Counted from the stretch's first letter, positions 16,833 to 26,106 are shown. The stretch is 42,721 nucleotides of DNA from Flavobacterium sp. (GCA_044371865.1 JBILST010000001.1:1-42721); one strand, 5' to 3'. Notes: generated by a model from the letters alone, not told the origin. Numbers and translations: made by a program.

Positions 16833-19800
16833 ATGTATTTAATTTTCGATACCGAAACTACCGGATTACCTAAGAGTTGGTCAGCACCTATTACTGATAC
16901 TGACAACTGGCCTCGTTGTATTCAAATAGCATGGCAGTTGCACGATGAAATGGGAAATCTTATCGAGCACCAAGATTATTTGGTAAAGCCTGAAGGGTTT
17001 AATATTCCCTATGATGCTGAAAGAATTCACGGAATCTCTACTGAATTAGCAATGGAGCAAGGAATTCTTCTATCTGAAGTTTTGGAGAAATTCAATATTG
17101 CACTTTCTAAAACTAAATTCATTGTAGGGCAAAATGTTGGGTTCGATGTCAATATCATGGGGTGTGAATTTCATCGTATGAACATTGGTTCCGATATGTC
17201 TAAAATGCCAGTTTTAGATACGTGTACTGAAATTACGGCTAATTTATTGAAATTACCAGGTGGTCGTGGTGGAAGATTCAAATTACCAACATTAACCGAA
17301 TTACATCAATATCTTTTCAACCAACCCTTTGCAGAAGCGCACAACGCAACTGCCGATGTGGAAGCAACTACGCGTTGTTTCTTAGAGTTAATCAAAAGAG
17401 AAGTTTTTACTAAAGAAGAATTAGATGTAACACCTGAATATTTCAGAAGTTTCCGAGAAAAAAATCTAGGTGAAATCCAATTAATCGGATTAAAACATAT
17501 CAATCTGAAACAAGCCTCTGAGGAAATTAGAGCGCGTTTGAAAAAAATCGAGCAAGAGGAAGTTCAAACTACGATTTCAGAGGAAGTAAAATCAGATTTA
17601 AAAGACGCTGCTTTTGCACATTTGCACAATCATACACAGTTTTCGGTGTTGCAATCTACCATTGCAATTAATGATTTAGTAAAAGCTTCTGCAAAATTTA
17701 AAATGCCTGCGGTTGCTATGACCGATACCGGCAATATGATGGGAGCTTTCCATTTTGTAAGCGCTGTTATGAATCATAACAAAGCCGCTAAAGCAAAAAT
17801 TGAAGCCGCAATTGAAGCAGGTGAAGAACCTACAGAAACTGAAATCAAACCTATTGTTGGTTGCGAATTCAATATCTGTGATGATCATAAAGACAAGACC
17901 AAAAAAGACAACGGTTATCAGGTTGTTCTATTGGCAAAAAATAAAAAAGGCTATCACAATTTAGCCAAAATGTCTTCTATTGCTTACACCGATGGTTTTT
18001 ATTACGTTCCTCGTATCGATAGAAAAGTAGTAGAACAATACAAAGAAGATATCATTGTTTTGTCTGGAAATTTATACGGCGAAATTCCAAGTAAAATTCT
18101 AAATGTTGGTGAAAGTCAAGCGGAAGAAGCTTTAATTTGGTGGAAAGAACAATTTGGTTCCGATTTCTATTTGGAAGTAATGCGTCACAAACAAGAAGAC
18201 GAAAATCGGGTAAACCAAACCTTAATAACTTTCGCTAAAAAGCACAATGTGAAGTTAGTTGCAACTAACAATACCTACTACGTTAATAAAGAAGACGCCA
18301 ATGCGCACGATATTTTGCTGTGTGTAAAAGATGGTGAAAAACAAGCGACGCCAATTGGTCGAGGTCGGGGTTATCGATATGGAATGCCAAACCAAGATTA
18401 TTATTTCAAATCGGGTGACGAAATGAAGCAACTTTTTGCTGATTTACCCGAAGCGATTATCAATATTCAGGAAATCATCGATAAAGTGGAAGCGTATTCT
18501 TTATATAGAGAGGTTTTGCTTCCAAAATTTAAAATCCCTGATGAATTTGAAGTTCTTGAAGATGCCGAAGATGGTGGCGTGCGTGGCGAAAATAATTATT
18601 TAAGACATTTAACCTACAAAGGAGCTGAAAAACGTTATCCCGAATTAACCGATGACATCAAAGAACGGTTGGATTTTGAATTGCTTACAATTTCCAATTC
18701 AGGTTATCCAGGTTATTTCTTAATTGTACAAGATTTCATCGCGGAGGCAAGAAAAATGGATGTTTCTGTTGGTCCTGGTCGTGGTTCTGCTGCGGGTTCT
18801 GCCGTGGCGTATTGTTTAGGAATTACAAATATCGACCCAATTAAGTACGATTTGCTTTTTGAGCGTTTCTTAAATCCTGACCGTGTTTCCATGCCCGATA
18901 TCGATATCGACTTTGATGACGAAGGTCGTGGTCGAGTGATGGATTATGTAATTCAAAAATACGGAAAAAGTCAAGTAGCGCAAATTATTACTTATGGTAA
19001 AATGGCTACGAAATCGGCTATTCGAGATACGGCTCGTGTATTAGATTTACCATTGTTTGAAGCCGATAGAATTGCCAAATTGATTCCAGGTATGATGCCT
19101 TCTAAATGGAATTTAGCTCGATTTTTGGCCGAAGAAGAAAGTGAAGTCAAAAAAGCATTGCGTTCGGAGGAATTTGATAGAGTAAAAGAATTAATTGGAA
19201 TTGCGAATTCTGAAGATTTAGCAGGAGAAACCATTCAGCAAGCAAAAGTGTTAGAAGGTTCTATGCGAAACACCGGAATTCACGCTTGTGGTGTAATCAT
19301 TACGCCAAGTGATATTACGAATTTCGTTCCTGTTACAACCGCAAAAGATTCTGATTTATATGTAACCCAATTTGACAACTCAGTGGCGGAAAGTGCTGGT
19401 TTGTTGAAAATGGACTTCTTGGGATTAAAAACCCTAACCTTAATTAAAGACACGGTTAAATTGGTAAAATATCGTTTAGGAATCGATTTAGATCCTGATA
19501 ATTTTCCAATTGACGACCAAAAAACATATGAGTTGTTCCAAAGAGGTGAAACGGTTGGGGTTTTCCAATACGAATCGCCTGGAATGCAAAAATACATGAA
19601 GGACTTAAAACCAACAGTTTTTGCTGATTTAATTGCCATGAATGCATTATATCGTCCAGGACCATTGGAATATATTCCTTCTTTCGTTCGAAGAAAAAAC
19701 GGCGAAGAAGAAATCAAATACGATTTAGAAGCGTGTGAAGAATATCTTGGGGAAACCTACGGAATTACCGTGTATCAAGAGCAGGTAATGCTTTTATCGC

Positions 19801-21356
19801 AAAAATTAGCCGGATTCTCAAAAGGGGATGCCGACGTTTTGCGTAAAGCAATGGGTAAAAAACAAATTGACGTTTTGAACAAAATGAAACCTCAATTTGT
19901 AAATCAAGCGGCAGAAAAAGGACACGATCCGGTTGTTTTAGAAAAAATTTGGAAAGACTGGGAAGCGTTTGCGAGTTATGCCTTTAACAAATCACACTCT
20001 ACTTGCTATGCTTGGATTGCGTATCAAACGGCTTATTTGAAAGCACATTATCCTGCTGAATATATGGCTGCGGTACTTTCTAACAACATGAACGATATCA
20101 AACAAGTTTCGTTCTTTATGGAAGAATGTAAACGTATGGGATTGGCCGTTTTGGGTCCAGATGTCAATGAATCGTTCTATAAATTTACGGTTAACGAAAA
20201 TTATGCAGTTCGTTTTGGAATGGGGGCTGTAAAAGGGGTTGGTGCAGGTGCTGTTCAAACCATTGTAGAGAGTAGAAAAGAAGGAAACTATAAATCCATT
20301 TTCGACTTAGCCAAACGAATTGATTTACGTGCAGCGAATAAAAAAGCATTCGAGAATTTAGCATTAGCAGGTGGTTTTGATGGTTTTACCGAAACACATC
20401 GCGCTCAATATTTTCATCATGATGGCGACGGAATTACGTTTTTAGAAAAGGCGATTCGATATGGTTCGAAATTTCAAGAAAACGAAAATTCATCACAAGT
20501 AAGTTTGTTTGGCGATGCTTCAGAAGTACAAATTGCTGAACCAATTGTACCTCCTTGTGAAGATTGGAGTACGATGGAAAAATTAGCCAAAGAAAAAGAA
20601 GTAGTCGGAATTTATATTTCGGGTCATCCGTTAGATGATTATAAGTTTGAAATGAAATATTTTTGCTCGGCTAAATTGGAATCACTTAAAAATTTGGAAC
20701 AACATTTGGGTAAAAATCTTTCATTTGGAGGAATTGTAACCAATGTGCAACATCGAACGGCTAAAAACGGAAAAGGCTGGGCAACCTTTGTACTAGAAGG
20801 GTACGACGAAAGTTACGAGTTTCGAATTTTTGATGAAGAATATTTAAAGTACCGTCATTTCTTGTTGCAAAACCAGTTTGTGTTTTTCAAAATCAATGTT
20901 AAAGAAGGTTGGGTTAATCGCGAAACTGGTAAAAAATCAGATCCAAGAATTCAGTTTTTAGATGCGAAAATGTTAGCCGATGTGTTGCCAACGTTTGCTA
21001 AAAAACTCTTTATTCATTTAGATATTAAAGATTTGCATTCCAATTTTGTTACTGAATTAAACGAACTTTTTGCTGCAAATACAGGGGATAATTCAGTGAC
21101 TTTTGAAGTGATGGAATTGGAACGAATTAAAAAAGTGGTAGAAGATATTCCGGTTACAACTCTGGTAGATGTAGAAGAGGAAATTGTGGATGAGTCGGGA
21201 GAAGTAACGGAAATAGAAATAGAGGTTTCAGCAGAAAAAGAAGAAATTATCGTAAAAACTAAACTTTCTATGCCAAGCCGAAAATTGAAAGTAAAGATTT
21301 CGTCCGAATTGCTCCAGGAATTAGAGCGCTTACAAGTAAATTTCAAATTAAATTAA
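16833..21356 (+). CDS. dnaE: DNA polymerase III alpha subunit with N-terminal DEDDh 3'-5' exonuclease
   Basis: FDTETTG and HNATADV (exonuclease), HLHNHTQFS (PHP), GRGSAAGS, MPDIDIDF, KMDFLGL, FNKSHS. Confidence 0.97.
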   Translation: MYLIFDTETTGLPKSWSAPITDTDNWPRCIQIAWQLHDEMGNLIEHQDYLVKPEGFNIPYDAERIHGISTELAMEQGILLSEVLEKFNIALSKTKFIVGQNVGFDVNIMGCEFHRMNIGSDMSKMPVLDTCTEITANLLKLPGGRGGRFKLPTLTELHQYLFNQPFAEAHNATADVEATTRCFLELIKREVFTKEELDVTPEYFRSFREKNLGEIQLIGLKHINLKQASEEIRARLKKIEQEEVQTTISEEVKSDLKDAAFAHLHNHTQFSVLQSTIAINDLVKASAKFKMPAVAMTDTGNMMGAFHFVSAVMNHNKAAKAKIEAAIEAGEEPTETEIKPIVGCEFNICDDHKDKTKKDNGYQVVLLAKNKKGYHNLAKMSSIAYTDGFYYVPRIDRKVVEQYKEDIIVLSGNLYGEIPSKILNVGESQAEEALIWWKEQFGSDFYLEVMRHKQEDENRVNQTLITFAKKHNVKLVATNNTYYVNKEDANAHDILLCVKDGEKQATPIGRGRGYRYGMPNQDYYFKSGDEMKQLFADLPEAIINIQEIIDKVEAYSLYREVLLPKFKIPDEFEVLEDAEDGGVRGENNYLRHLTYKGAEKRYPELTDDIKERLDFELLTISNSGYPGYFLIVQDFIAEARKMDVSVGPGRGSAAGSAVAYCLGITNIDPIKYDLLFERFLNPDRVSMPDIDIDFDDEGRGRVMDYVIQKYGKSQVAQIITYGKMATKSAIRDTARVLDLPLFEADRIAKLIPGMMPSKWNLARFLAEEESEVKKALRSEEFDRVKELIGIANSEDLAGETIQQAKVLEGSMRNTGIHACGVIITPSDITNFVPVTTAKDSDLYVTQFDNSVAESAGLLKMDFLGLKTLTLIKDTVKLVKYRLGIDLDPDNFPIDDQKTYELFQRGETVGVFQYESPGMQKYMKDLKPTVFADLIAMNALYRPGPLEYIPSFVRRKNGEEEIKYDLEACEEYLGETYGITVYQEQVMLLSQKLAGFSKGDADVLRKAMGKKQIDVLNKMKPQFVNQAAEKGHDPVVLEKIWKDWEAFASYAFNKSHSTCYAWIAYQTAYLKAHYPAEYMAAVLSNNMNDIKQVSFFMEECKRMGLAVLGPDVNESFYKFTVNENYAVRFGMGAVKGVGAGAVQTIVESRKEGNYKSIFDLAKRIDLRAANKKAFENLALAGGFDGFTETHRAQYFHHDGDGITFLEKAIRYGSKFQENENSSQVSLFGDASEVQIAEPIVPPCEDWSTMEKLAKEKEVVGIYISGHPLDDYKFEMKYFCSAKLESLKNLEQHLGKNLSFGGIVTNVQHRTAKNGKGWATFVLEGYDESYEFRIFDEEYLKYRHFLLQNQFVFFKINVKEGWVNRETGKKSDPRIQFLDAKMLADVLPTFAKKLFIHLDIKDLHSNFVTELNELFAANTGDNSVTFEVMELERIKKVVEDIPVTTLVDVEEEIVDESGEVTEIEIEVSAEKEEIIVKTKLSMPSRKLKVKISSELLQELERLQVNFKLN

Positions 21357-21468
21357 GTATAAGTTCTGCAAATGAGAGTATAATCAAAAGTAATTTTAAA
21401 ACACACTTTCATTCGTAATTAATTCCTAAATTTGCAATTCAAATAAGTATAAAACTAAAAAGAAAAAT

Positions 21469-21786
21469 ATGGCATTAGCAATAACAGATGCTACTTTTGA
21501 CGAAGTAGTATTAAAATCAGACAAACCAGTAGTAGTAGATTTTTGGGCAGCTTGGTGTGGACCATGTAGAATGGTTGGGCCAGTTATCGACGAAATTCAC
21601 GGAGAATATGAAGGAAAAGCAGTAGTAGGAAAAGTGGACGTAGATGCAAACCAAGAATTTGCTGCAAAATATGGTGTTAGAAACATTCCAACCGTATTAA
21701 TTTTCCAAAACGGAGAAGTTGTAGGAAGACAAGTAGGTGTTGCGCCTAAGAAAACCTATACAGATGCAATTGATGCATTGCTATAA
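21469..21786 (+). CDS. trxA: Thioredoxin
   Basis: WCGPC; -7 box TAAATTTG at 21427-21434. Confidence 0.97.
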   Translation: MALAITDATFDEVVLKSDKPVVVDFWAAWCGPCRMVGPVIDEIHGEYEGKAVVGKVDVDANQEFAAKYGVRNIPTVLIFQNGEVVGRQVGVAPKKTYTDAIDALL

Positions 21787-21806
21787 TATTTGAAAAAGGA
21801 AAAGTG

Positions 21807-21835
21807 AAAGGTTCAACGAAAGTTGGGCCTTTTTT
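21807..21835 (+). terminator. Intrinsic terminator after trxA
   Basis: AAAGGTTCAAC-GAAA-GTTGGGCCTTTTTT. Confidence 0.8.
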
Positions 21836-21838
21836 GTT

Positions 21839-21963
21839 TTTAAAACACATAGTCACATAGTTTTTCCTTATTCAATTTTTTTTAACTGTTTCACTTTGTA
21901 GAGTTCATTTAAGAAATTCGTCTTTATCTGCGTTTCGCCTCAGCGAATCCGTTTCATCTGCGT
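21839..21963. repeat. Dispersed-repeat remnants
   Basis: TTTAAAACACATAGTCACATAGT (21839-21861) is 21/23 identical to 28020-28042; ATCTGCGT repeated at 21926 and 21956 around a TTCGC/GCGAA hairpin. Confidence 0.5.
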
Positions 21964-21996
21964 CCCATTTTAAAAATCTTTTTCTATCTTTACGAT

Positions 21997-22935
21997 ATGA
22001 ATGTAGAATCTCAAGTAGAAAAAATCTCCAGTTTTGAGCATTTGGAATTATTAGCCAACCAAATTGTGGAAGGGTTTATTTCGGGTATGCACAAATCACC
22101 TTTTCATGGATTTTCAGCAGAGTTTGCTGAACATAAAATCTACAATCCAGGTGAAAGCACCAAGCATATTGATTGGAAGTTGTTTGCCAAAACAGATAGA
22201 TTATATACCAAACGCTACGAAGAAGAAACCAATTTGCGTTGCCATCTGATTTTAGATAATTCGTCTTCGATGCATTATCCTAAATTGAAGGATAATCAGC
22301 CGTTTTATGAGAGTAAAATAGGATTTTCGGTATTGGCTTCTGCGGTTTTAATGAATTTACTTAAAAAGCAGCGTGACGCTGTTGGTTTGAGTGTTTATTC
22401 GGATACTTACGAATATTATTCGCCAGAAAAAGGAAGTGACCGTCATCATCGCATGATTTTGAACAAGCTGGAAGGTATTTTGGAAAATAATAATCAAACT
22501 AAAAAGACAGACACAGTTACTTTTTTACATCAAATCGCCGAAAATATTCACCGACGTTCTATGGTGATTTTATTTACCGATATGTTTCATTCCGAAGGGT
22601 CGGAAGAAGACAGCAACAAAATCTTCAAAGCACTTCAACATCTAAAACACAACAAACATAAAGTGGTAGTTTTTCATGTCTATGATAAAAAAACCGAATT
22701 AAATTTTAGTTTTGACAACACACCACGTAAATTTATAGATGTAGAAACGGGAGAGGAAATTAATTTATTTGCTGAAAATACGCAAGAATCGTATCAAAAA
22801 GTGGTACAAGATTATTTCAAAACGATAGAAGCAACGTGTATGCAGTATCAAATTCGTTATGTACCCGTTTCTGTGGGTGAAAATTTTGAAAAAATTTTAC
22901 TGACGTATTTGATTGAAAAACAAAAGTTTGGCTGA
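21997..22935 (+). CDS. DUF58 (vWA-like, MoxR-associated) protein
   Basis: GMHKSPFHGFSAEFAEH..Y.PG, IDWK, DNSSSM (MIDAS-like DxSxS). Confidence 0.9.
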   Translation: MNVESQVEKISSFEHLELLANQIVEGFISGMHKSPFHGFSAEFAEHKIYNPGESTKHIDWKLFAKTDRLYTKRYEEETNLRCHLILDNSSSMHYPKLKDNQPFYESKIGFSVLASAVLMNLLKKQRDAVGLSVYSDTYEYYSPEKGSDRHHRMILNKLEGILENNNQTKKTDTVTFLHQIAENIHRRSMVILFTDMFHSEGSEEDSNKIFKALQHLKHNKHKVVVFHVYDKKTELNFSFDNTPRKFIDVETGEEINLFAENTQESYQKVVQDYFKTIEATCMQYQIRYVPVSVGENFEKILLTYLIEKQKFG

Positions 22936-22972
22936 AAACACTGAAAAAAGTTTAATTTTTTTTGCAAAAATA

Positions 22973-23003
22973 TTTGCAGGAATGAAAAAGCGTAGTATAT
23001 TTG
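22973..23003 (+). promoter_or_regulatory. Sigma-A promoter of tRNA-Asp
   Basis: TTTG (-33) at 22973-22976 and TATATTTG (-7) at 22996-23003. Confidence 0.7.
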
Positions 23004-23021
23004 CACTCGCAATCAAGCACT

Positions 23022-23098
23022 GGTTTGGTAGTTCAGTTGGTTAGAATACATGCCTGTCACGCATGGGGTCGCGGGTTCGAGTCCCGTCCAGACCGCCA
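23022..23098 (+). tRNA. tRNA-Asp(GTC)
   Basis: Acceptor GGTTTGG/CCAGACC, anticodon arm CATGC-CTGTCAC-GCATG, T-loop GTTCGAG, encoded CCA. Confidence 0.97.
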
Positions 23099-23107
23099 GT
23101 AAAGAGG

Positions 23108-23135
23108 AAGCCTTTCGTAAAAGAAAGGCTTTTTT
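23108..23135 (+). terminator. tRNA terminator
   Basis: AAGCCTTTC-GTAAAA-GAAAGGCTTTTTT. Confidence 0.8.
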
Positions 23136-23211
23136 GCCCTCTTAAAATATTTAAAATAGTTGTGTTGTTTAGGTACGAAAGTACCAAAAGGTTTAGTAGT
23201 TAGACCAATGG

Positions 23212-23240
23212 AAAGCTTTGCATTTATGCAGAGCTTTTTT
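23212..23240 (+). terminator. Second terminator hairpin
   Basis: AAAGCTTTGCA-TTTA-TGCAGAGCTTTTTT. Confidence 0.65.
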
Positions 23241-23363
23241 GATTTTTATACTTTTCGCGGTTTTATAAATAATTTAAAGTTCTCAAATCGAGAGCTTTAT
23301 TTATGTTCAAAAGTTAGGAAAACAATAAGATTACTCTTATTTTCGTTTGTGATTGAAAAATAT

Positions 23364-23394
23364 GCACGCGAAAGGATTCGCGCGGGAGCGGGGG
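23364..23394. repeat. GC-rich REP-like hairpin
   Basis: GCA-CGCGAA-AGGA-TTCGCG-CGGGAGCGGGGG in otherwise AT-rich DNA. Confidence 0.5.
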
Positions 23395-23581
23395 ACAATT
23401 TAGCACAGTATTTGATAAGAAGACTAATTCAAGTTTTGCATTAGATGTTTTTACAGGATATTGGACATTAGGTGCTGGTTATGGGGCAACTCCTAAAAAC
23501 ACTTTAGGGACAGAAGGTGTGGCAGGTATGACTAACTATTTTGGAAACCAAATGAACGAAATGATAAAAAATGAAAAATAA
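23393..23581 (+). pseudogene. Start-less C-terminal gene fragment, possibly a polymorphic/Rhs toxin tip
   Basis: Open frame GQFSTVFDKKTNSSFALDVFTGYWTLGAGYGATPKNTLGTEGVAGMTNYFGNQMNEMIKNEK*; in-frame stop at 23354-23356 and no ATG/GTG/TTG before the fragment; its stop overlaps the start of the next gene. Confidence 0.5.
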
Positions 23582-23972
23582 AGAAAATAGAGAAAATTTA
23601 TTACGTCTTTTATTACTTATACTTATAGGTTTAATTGTGACTTTTTTCTCAATAAGTAGAAGAAAAAATCTTAAAGAAAATCACGTAATAGTTATTGGAG
23701 TTGCAATTAAAAATACTTACGGCACGGGAAATGATGGTGTTGACTATATGTTTGAATATCAAGGAAAAATATATAAAGAGTGGTGCTTTACAAACAATAG
23801 CTCAATTGAAGGAGGAAAATATTTTGTCTTATGTCATACTAAAAATATGAGTAGAAGTAAATTATTAGAAAAATGCCCTGTACCAGATACAATTGAAAAA
23901 GCACCTTTAAATGGGTGGCAAAAAATACCCGTTAAAGCTTATCAAAAATATGTTGATGAGTATTTTGAATAG
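23571..23972 (+). CDS. Membrane-anchored hypothetical protein, putative immunity protein
   Basis: N-terminal TM helix, beta-rich domain, C-terminal PVPDTIEKAPLNGWQKIP; coupled to the upstream fragment. Confidence 0.6.
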   Translation: MKNKENRENLLRLLLLILIGLIVTFFSISRRKNLKENHVIVIGVAIKNTYGTGNDGVDYMFEYQGKIYKEWCFTNNSSIEGGKYFVLCHTKNMSRSKLLEKCPVPDTIEKAPLNGWQKIPVKAYQKYVDEYFE

Positions 23973-24052
23973 AGTAATGTTTCAAACTTACTACAACAAC
24001 CACTCATAAATCCTAATTTAAATAGGATTATTTAACTAGTTCGCAAAAAATT

Positions 24053-24091
24053 AAACGGCATTGATGTATGATTCAGAAATGCCGTTTTTTT
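24053..24091. terminator. Terminator hairpin
   Basis: AAACGGCATT...AATGCCGTTTTTTT. Confidence 0.55.
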
Positions 24092-24103
24092 AATAGTAAA
24101 AAC

Positions 24104-24139
24104 AAGAAATCCTAACCGTTGAAAGTTAGGATTCTTTTT
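24104..24139. terminator. Terminator hairpin
   Basis: AATCCTAAC-CGTTGAAA-GTTAGGATT-CTTTTT. Confidence 0.55.
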
Positions 24140-24168
24140 ATTTGAAAAGGTTTTGTTGTATTTATAAA

Positions 24169-24468
24169 TTACAATTTCTCTATTTTTTTAGGATTTTGAT
24201 GAGTGTTAAAAACAGCATTTAAGAAAACGGTTTTTGTAGGTTCATCTACTAAAAAGAAAGCGATAAACGGAAATTTTTTAAAAGGCAAATACCTGTAATT
24301 GTTATCATGAAAAGGATAAAAAGGATTTTTTTGTAAATCTTTATAGGTTTTCTTGTAATCATTTAAAAAATCAAGCGCCACTTTTTTACTAACTTCTTCA
24401 ATGTAATAATTCACAGCATTATCAATGTTCTTGATTGCTATTGGCGAAACAATAATCTTATAAGCCAT
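24169..24468 (-). CDS. RelE/ParE-family type II toxin
   Basis: YKIIVSP.A...I.....YY, L..NP, R....KKFPF...F, AVFNT.QNP. Confidence 0.8.
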   Translation of the reverse strand: MAYKIIVSPIAIKNIDNAVNYYIEEVSKKVALDFLNDYKKTYKDLQKNPFYPFHDNNYRYLPFKKFPFIAFFLVDEPTKTVFLNAVFNTHQNPKKIEKL

Positions 24469-24685
24469 ATTTGTTTTTTAAATCGGCAAAAACAATGTCA
24501 GCATCTTTGTAGTGTTTTTTATCTAAACCTATTTGACTATCTAATACTTTTTGTTGTTCACTGGATAAAACAAATGTTTTTTCTTTAGAAATCTCAAACT
24601 TCATTTTTAAAGCTTTTACAAATGCTTTTAAAGCACTTTCTTGCTCTGGAGTTTCTGTGTGTATAATAAAAGTGTGCTCTGACAT
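24458..24685 (-). CDS. Putative antitoxin (DUF2683-like)
   Basis: 75 aa, EQ..ALKAFVKALKMKFE; overlaps the toxin start by 11 nt. Confidence 0.7.
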   Translation of the reverse strand: MSEHTFIIHTETPEQESALKAFVKALKMKFEISKEKTFVLSSEQQKVLDSQIGLDKKHYKDADIVFADLKNKYGL

Positions 24686-24955
24686 AATTTCTAAATTTTA
24701 ATCATTTATTATTATTTTATTCCTTGAAAAACAACAATTTAAGCAAAATTTGCCTTTACAGGACTCATAATCAATTACAAAGATATTATTTTTTCTATTA
24801 TAAAAGTATCATTACAAGTTTGTACAAGTAATTTTAGTCCAATTTACATTAAAATTATATTCGTTAAAACAATCATTCATTTCGAAAACGTAACTCAAAA
24901 AGGTAGCTATTTAAAATTAAACTTTGAAATCTCTTGTTGTTATTACAAAAAATTA

Positions 24956-24980
24956 CGCGGGTTCGAGTCCCGTCCAAACC
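24956..24980 (+). repeat. attR-like duplicate of the tRNA-Asp 3' end
   Basis: CGCGGGTTCGAGTCCCGTCCAAACC versus tRNA ...CCAGACC. Confidence 0.85.
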
Positions 24981-24981
24981 A

Positions 24982-25479
24982 TCAAAACCAAACCGCTCTA
25001 TTCTGCCAAACCACAACAAAGAATACGCCTAAGAAAAGCAAGCTCACTAAGAACTTAATAAACGTTCCCGCTAAGAATCCTAAGAACGAACCTGTAGCCG
25101 CTTTAAAAGCACGCTTTCCTTCGTTTGAGTTGTAAATAAGTTCGCCTATTAATGCACCTAAGAACGGACCAATCAAAAATCCAAAAGGAGGAAAGAATAA
25201 GCCAACAACCAAACCTATATTCGTTCCCCAAATTCCGTATTTACTGCCGCCAAAATACTTCGTGCCTTTTGCTGGAATCACATAATCTAATACGCCAATT
25301 ACTATCGCAATGACTAATGTAATGCCAAGCAACCAATAATTAGTTTCCATTCCTGGACAAAAATAAAGCAATAAAATCCCAACCCAACTAATAGGTGGTC
25401 CCGGTAAAGCAGGAAGTAAACTGCCAATAATTCCCACTAGCATCAAAAGTAAACCCAGAATCAGTAAAAAGTATTCCAT
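24982..25479 (-). CDS. DUF456 family membrane protein
   Basis: LPALPGPP, KYFGGSKYG..G..IG, GPFLGALIGEL. Confidence 0.85.
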   Translation of the reverse strand: MEYFLLILGLLLMLVGIIGSLLPALPGPPISWVGILLLYFCPGMETNYWLLGITLVIAIVIGVLDYVIPAKGTKYFGGSKYGIWGTNIGLVVGLFFPPFGFLIGPFLGALIGELIYNSNEGKRAFKAATGSFLGFLAGTFIKFLVSLLFLGVFFVVVWQNRAVWF

Positions 25480-25541
25480 AAGATTTTAGTTATTGTCTAA
25501 CAAATTTATAACTTTGTTTAAGATAATCTTTAAACTAAATT

Positions 25542-26105
25542 ATGAAACATCTTATTTTGATAATTTTTATATTCTCTTTTTCTGTTAATTCTTATGGACA
25601 AAGAAAAACTAAAAAGCAAATAAAACAAGAAGAATATGAATTAAAAAAGAAACAAGAATGGGATTCGTATTTAGTGCAAGTTACTGATAGTGAAGTTTTA
25701 AACTTAAAAATAAAAACTCAAAAAGATTCCTTAAAAAATATTAGTCCAGAAGTAGTTGAAGAATGTCAATCTAAAACTTTACCCTATCTTGAAAGTAATA
25801 ATGTTTTAGATAAAAATACGGATAGTTTTAAAGATTATTTAATATTACATATTAAAAAAACCATGATGTATCCTGAATTCGCAATGGAACATAATATTCA
25901 AGGTAAGGTTTTGGTGTCATTTGTTGTAAATAAGGAAGGCTTTGTTGTTGAAATTGAAGCTCAAGGTCCAGAAAATGGATTGATTTTAGAAAATGAAGCA
26001 ATACGAATAATTGAAAAGCTGCCTAAATTTATTCCTTCAAAATGTGACGGTCAACCTGTTGATTTTCAAGTAAAACAAGCTATAAGTTTCAAAATGCTTT
26101 ATTAG
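25542..26105 (+). CDS. TonB C-terminal domain protein (energy transducer-like)
   Basis: YPEFAMEHNIQGKVLVSFVVNKEG, EAIRII..LPKF.P...GQPV. Confidence 0.8.
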   Translation: MKHLILIIFIFSFSVNSYGQRKTKKQIKQEEYELKKKQEWDSYLVQVTDSEVLNLKIKTQKDSLKNISPEVVEECQSKTLPYLESNNVLDKNTDSFKDYLILHIKKTMMYPEFAMEHNIQGKVLVSFVVNKEGFVVEIEAQGPENGLILENEAIRIIEKLPKFIPSKCDGQPVDFQVKQAISFKMLY

Positions 26106-26106
26106 T

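Larger units (their letters stand above)
23070..24980. mobile_element. Small tRNA-Asp-anchored islet bounded by att-like direct repeats, no integrase
   Basis: CGCGGGTTCGAGTCCCGTCCA exact at 23070-23090 and 24956-24976 (24/25 when extended); accessory cargo between. Confidence 0.7.

Noticed and set aside
16833-21356. Intein in the long dnaE
   Set aside because: The extra length is explained by the exonuclease fusion and an acidic insert; no intein splice motifs or homing-endonuclease blocks were seen
22932-22949. CTGAAAA repeated after the DUF58 stop
   Set aside because: Only two units; compatible with chance
23160-23444. 94-aa ORF downstream of tRNA-Asp
   Set aside because: Runs through a terminator and the GC hairpin and has no motifs; the other frame (23393-23581) looks more protein-like
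24036-24045. CTAGTTCGCA before a terminator as another tRNA 3' remnant
   Set aside because: Similarity to CCAGACCGCC is too weak to support
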